A stretch of DNA of 64,000 nucleotides from Guillardia theta CCMP2712 (taxonomy: Eukaryota; Protista; Cryptophyta): positions 488,384 to 552,383 of the forward strand of contig NW_005434652.1 in NCBI RefSeq assembly GCF_000315625.1, given 5' to 3'. The notes beneath the pieces are model-generated. The model saw only the letters and a list, made by a program, of their open reading frames with translations. It was not told where the DNA came from and did not search any database. Each line of letters starts with the position of its first letter. Position 1 is the first letter of the stretch. Of the stretch, positions 61,065-64,000 are shown piece after piece. The position numbers and the translations under genes were made by a program.

Positions 61065-64000
61065 ATGAGCAGACTACTCCCTTCCTTCTCTCTTCCTCTC
61101 TTCTCTCTTGTTTCTTCTCTCCTTCCCTTCTCTCTCCGTCTCTCTGAGCGCTGTCTCCTCTCTCTCCCTCTTGTGGTAAGAGGAATTCCCTACGAACACT
61201 ACAACTCTACATGTTCTCGTTTCGTTTGTCGCGTAGGGTGTGAAGAAAGTTAGGCAAACTCACCTCACCTGACAGATGAGCATGAGGTGGAAGCTGAGGC
61301 TGGTCTCCCTTCACGCTGTCTTCCTCCATCAGTGTCTGAGCTTCACGACCCCAAGTTTGTGGCCCAGCCACGTAGGGACAAGGCAGTGAGTCCGATGCCT
61401 CCCCCCTACTTCATCTTGACCTCTGCCCTACTCAGAAACCTTCCTCTCGACTGTCCCCTTCGCCGAACCCTCCGGCGACCTTCCAGGATGTGTGGACTCG
61501 AGATGGCGAAGAGTTTCGACAGCGAGTTCGAGCAATGGTACCGAATGGAAAAAGCTGCCAAGGAGTACGCGGAGGCGAAAGAGAAGGATAAGGTGCGGGA
61601 GCTCCGACCTTACGGCTGCTCCTGATGCTGCTGTAAGGGCAACGTCCACCAGATCGGAGATGTGGTCCGTCAAGGCTCTTCGGCATGGATCATTACAGGC
61701 GTCCAAGGGGTGGAGGGTCCTGCGTGGAGGTTCGCGGGGAAAGAAGAGAGCTCGGGAGCAGCAGTGAGCATTCACTGTCTGTCCTTGAGGCAGATGGGAG
61801 GGAACTGGCAGGTTCACTCCGCACCAGTACAGCATCCTTCCTTCTCATTTGCTCCACAGTTCCTAGATAAATTCCAACAGCGGGCTCGGCTGCTCAAGGT
61901 GAGCTGGAGTCAACCTCCTCCTGTTGCCCTTCCGGTGCCCTTGACGAAGACGCGCAGAATGTTCGCGTCGACGGGGTTCCGAAGGTCCTTCGTCTCCAAG
62001 AGTGCGAGCAAGGGCGATGCTGAGATCGTTTTACAGCTGCTGCAGTCCTTCGAAGCAGACACAGAATCTGACAAGGCGTACTACATGATCTTTGAGGTTC
62101 CAGCCCCCCGTTCCTTCTTGCTGATTGATCAGTTTGATAGTCTCCTTCCGATGTCACTCTACAAGATCTGCTCGATGCGGTTTCTCTCTCCTCTCTTTCC
62201 TCTTTCCTCCCCTCCTTTCCCTCATCCCTTTCTCCCTATCCTCCCTTCTGTGTCTCCCCTCCCTGTCCTCCCTCCTATCCCCCCCCACCCGGTCTGCCTT
62301 TCATGGTTCCGAGTTTCCGGTAGGGGCTTCGACCAACGGAGGAAGAGATCATGGAGATCGGGGTTGCAGTCCTTGAGGTTTGACGGGAGGGAGACGAGGG
62401 GCCTCGATCTCACCCGCGCTGCTTCACAGATCATGGAGGAGCTGTACGAGAAGAGGCCGCCCGTGTATCATTCTGCCATCACTCCTGACAACATCTTGAT
62501 CTCCGCCGAGTCAAGGAGAGAAGGTTGACACCAGGAGGAGGAGGAGGATGGGAGGAGGAGGAGGATGGGAGGATGAGGACAGATCGTTCTGAAAGAGAGG
62601 GACGGGGGGACTGGAGAGGGAGAGGCAGGAGGCAGGCATTGGAGGGCTTTCTCACTCCCATGAAGGAGGACGAGGGATCTGGCTCTCTGGGTTCGTTCCC
62701 GACGACAAATCCCGCACGAGAGCGCTGGCTGAGGGTTACCTTCCTCCTAACTCCCTCCTCCGACCACCGTCAGCAGGAAAGCCCATGGGGAGCAAGGTTG
62801 AGCATGACTGTTCTTCAGATGATGACGTCTTCTCCGTTGGAGCTGTGATGCTGCGCATGCTCTCTGGAAGGTCTTGACTCCGCCCGTCCTGTCTGCAGCT
62901 CACCGTTGCACCCAAGGGACCCCGTGGAGTTTCTGGTGCAGGAGAAGTCTGGGCTGGGAATGATGTCAATAAGGTTTCGTGGGGAGGTTGTAGAGGCGCC
63001 AGGAGTGTCGGGGCTCATCAACTGCAGGTGGTGATGAGCTCAAGGCTGGCCAAAGTCGTGGATGAAATGCTCGGTCTTTTTCTGTCCCTTCCCTCCCGTC
63101 CTCCTCTTTGCTCTGCCCCCTCCTCCCTCATCCACACTTTTGACCCATCCTCTCTTCCCCTCTTCTTCCTTATCGCTTCTCCTACAGCATTCAACAGCCC
63201 AGTCTTCCGGAGCCCTCAGAGTGCCCTGGTGTCTCTCAAGCAAGCGGCGAGTGCCAAGACAGTGAGAGGGTCGAAGTGCAGAGTAGCAACGATGACGAGC
63301 GCGTGTGTTCACAGGAAGCCCTAGTGACTTCACTTCCGACCGTGCAGGCAATTGATGTGCGAGCTGAGGAAAAGCTGACAGCTGTCCCCCCCCCCCCCCC
63401 AGACCGCAAGAAAGCCAGCGAACACCAAAGTCAGCCAAGGAGCATTCTCCTCTCGGCTCCTCTAACGCTCTTCGATCCTCCAGGTCGAGCTGATCAGGGG
63501 CCTCGACTCCCTGCAGCTGATGGTCCCTGCGGTCAGACCCTCCTCGAGCAACCATGGCAGTGACTCGCACTCAGGATGGGATGAGCTCGTCCACCCTGTC
63601 GACCGGAGGCTTCACAGTCGCTTGGAATTTCGGTACGTCAGGAGGAGGGGAGGGAGGAGGGGGGGAGGTGGCAGGAGGGAGGGAAGGAAATTTTTAGAGC
63701 TGCGTGAAGGCATCGGCATGTGGACTGTGAGCGCCATCACCGGAGGAGCTCCCCTCCTCTTCACCGCCTTCTCCATCCCCTTCTGGATCGTGGGGGCGAG
63801 ACTCGCAAGGGTGCAGCAGCTAGTGAATGAGAGAAGGAGAGTGACTGGGGCCGGCAGGACACGTTCAAGTCAGCGTTGGTGGGGGTCAGGTGGATGGTCG
63901 AGGCAGGATGAGGGGGCTCTCAAGGTGACCAGGTTGAACATGGACCGAGACGAGTTCTCGCTGCGGGAGGAGATAGTCGGAGGGACTGAGTACAAAGTGA
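61065..64000 (+). CDS. Kinase-like (probable pseudokinase) protein with a cyanobacterial-type C-terminal two-TM domain; runs off the window end
   Basis: Spliced FLDKFQQRARLLK, SFEADTESDKAYYMIFE, PPVYHSAITPDNILI, DVFSVGAVMLRMLSG, then FTVAWN...MWTVSAITGGAPLLFTAFSIPFWIVG. The start is uncertain. Confidence 0.65.

Overview
Eukaryotic nuclear DNA, gene-dense, with many short (~45-60 nt) GT-AG and some GC-AG introns, CT/GA-rich low-complexity introns and two assembly gaps. A flagellar gene (CFAP70), a homomeric acetyl-CoA carboxylase with a bipartite signal+transit leader and a signal-peptide-bearing ribosomal protein point to a flagellated alga with a complex red-type plastid, most likely a cryptophyte such as Guillardia theta (inference). 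About 17 protein genes and one tRNA-Asp are visible: a PDZ/EF-hand/STAND-NTPase/TPR protein, a secreted coiled-coil protein, a leader-bearing zinc-less eL37, Mps1-type kinase, CFAP70, a Zn-finger/Tudor protein, an HSF, a protein with a novel 3x repeat, ACCase, a nucleoplasmin-like/LOTUS fusion, an ORFan, a HERC2-SH3/SPRY/beta-helix/HEPN/kinase/SAM protein, an MLO-calmodulin fusion, an intronless GH13, a cNMP/WNK-like protein and a cyanobacterial-type pseudokinase. The most promising leads are (i) the HEPN RNase-kinase-SAM protein, a candidate RNase L-like defence effector, (ii) the eL37 whose targeting leader ends in a ubiquitin-C-terminus mimic (VLRLSGG), and (iii) the NLR-like STAND protein. 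Exon boundaries were read by eye and domain calls come from remembered family motifs, not from database searches.
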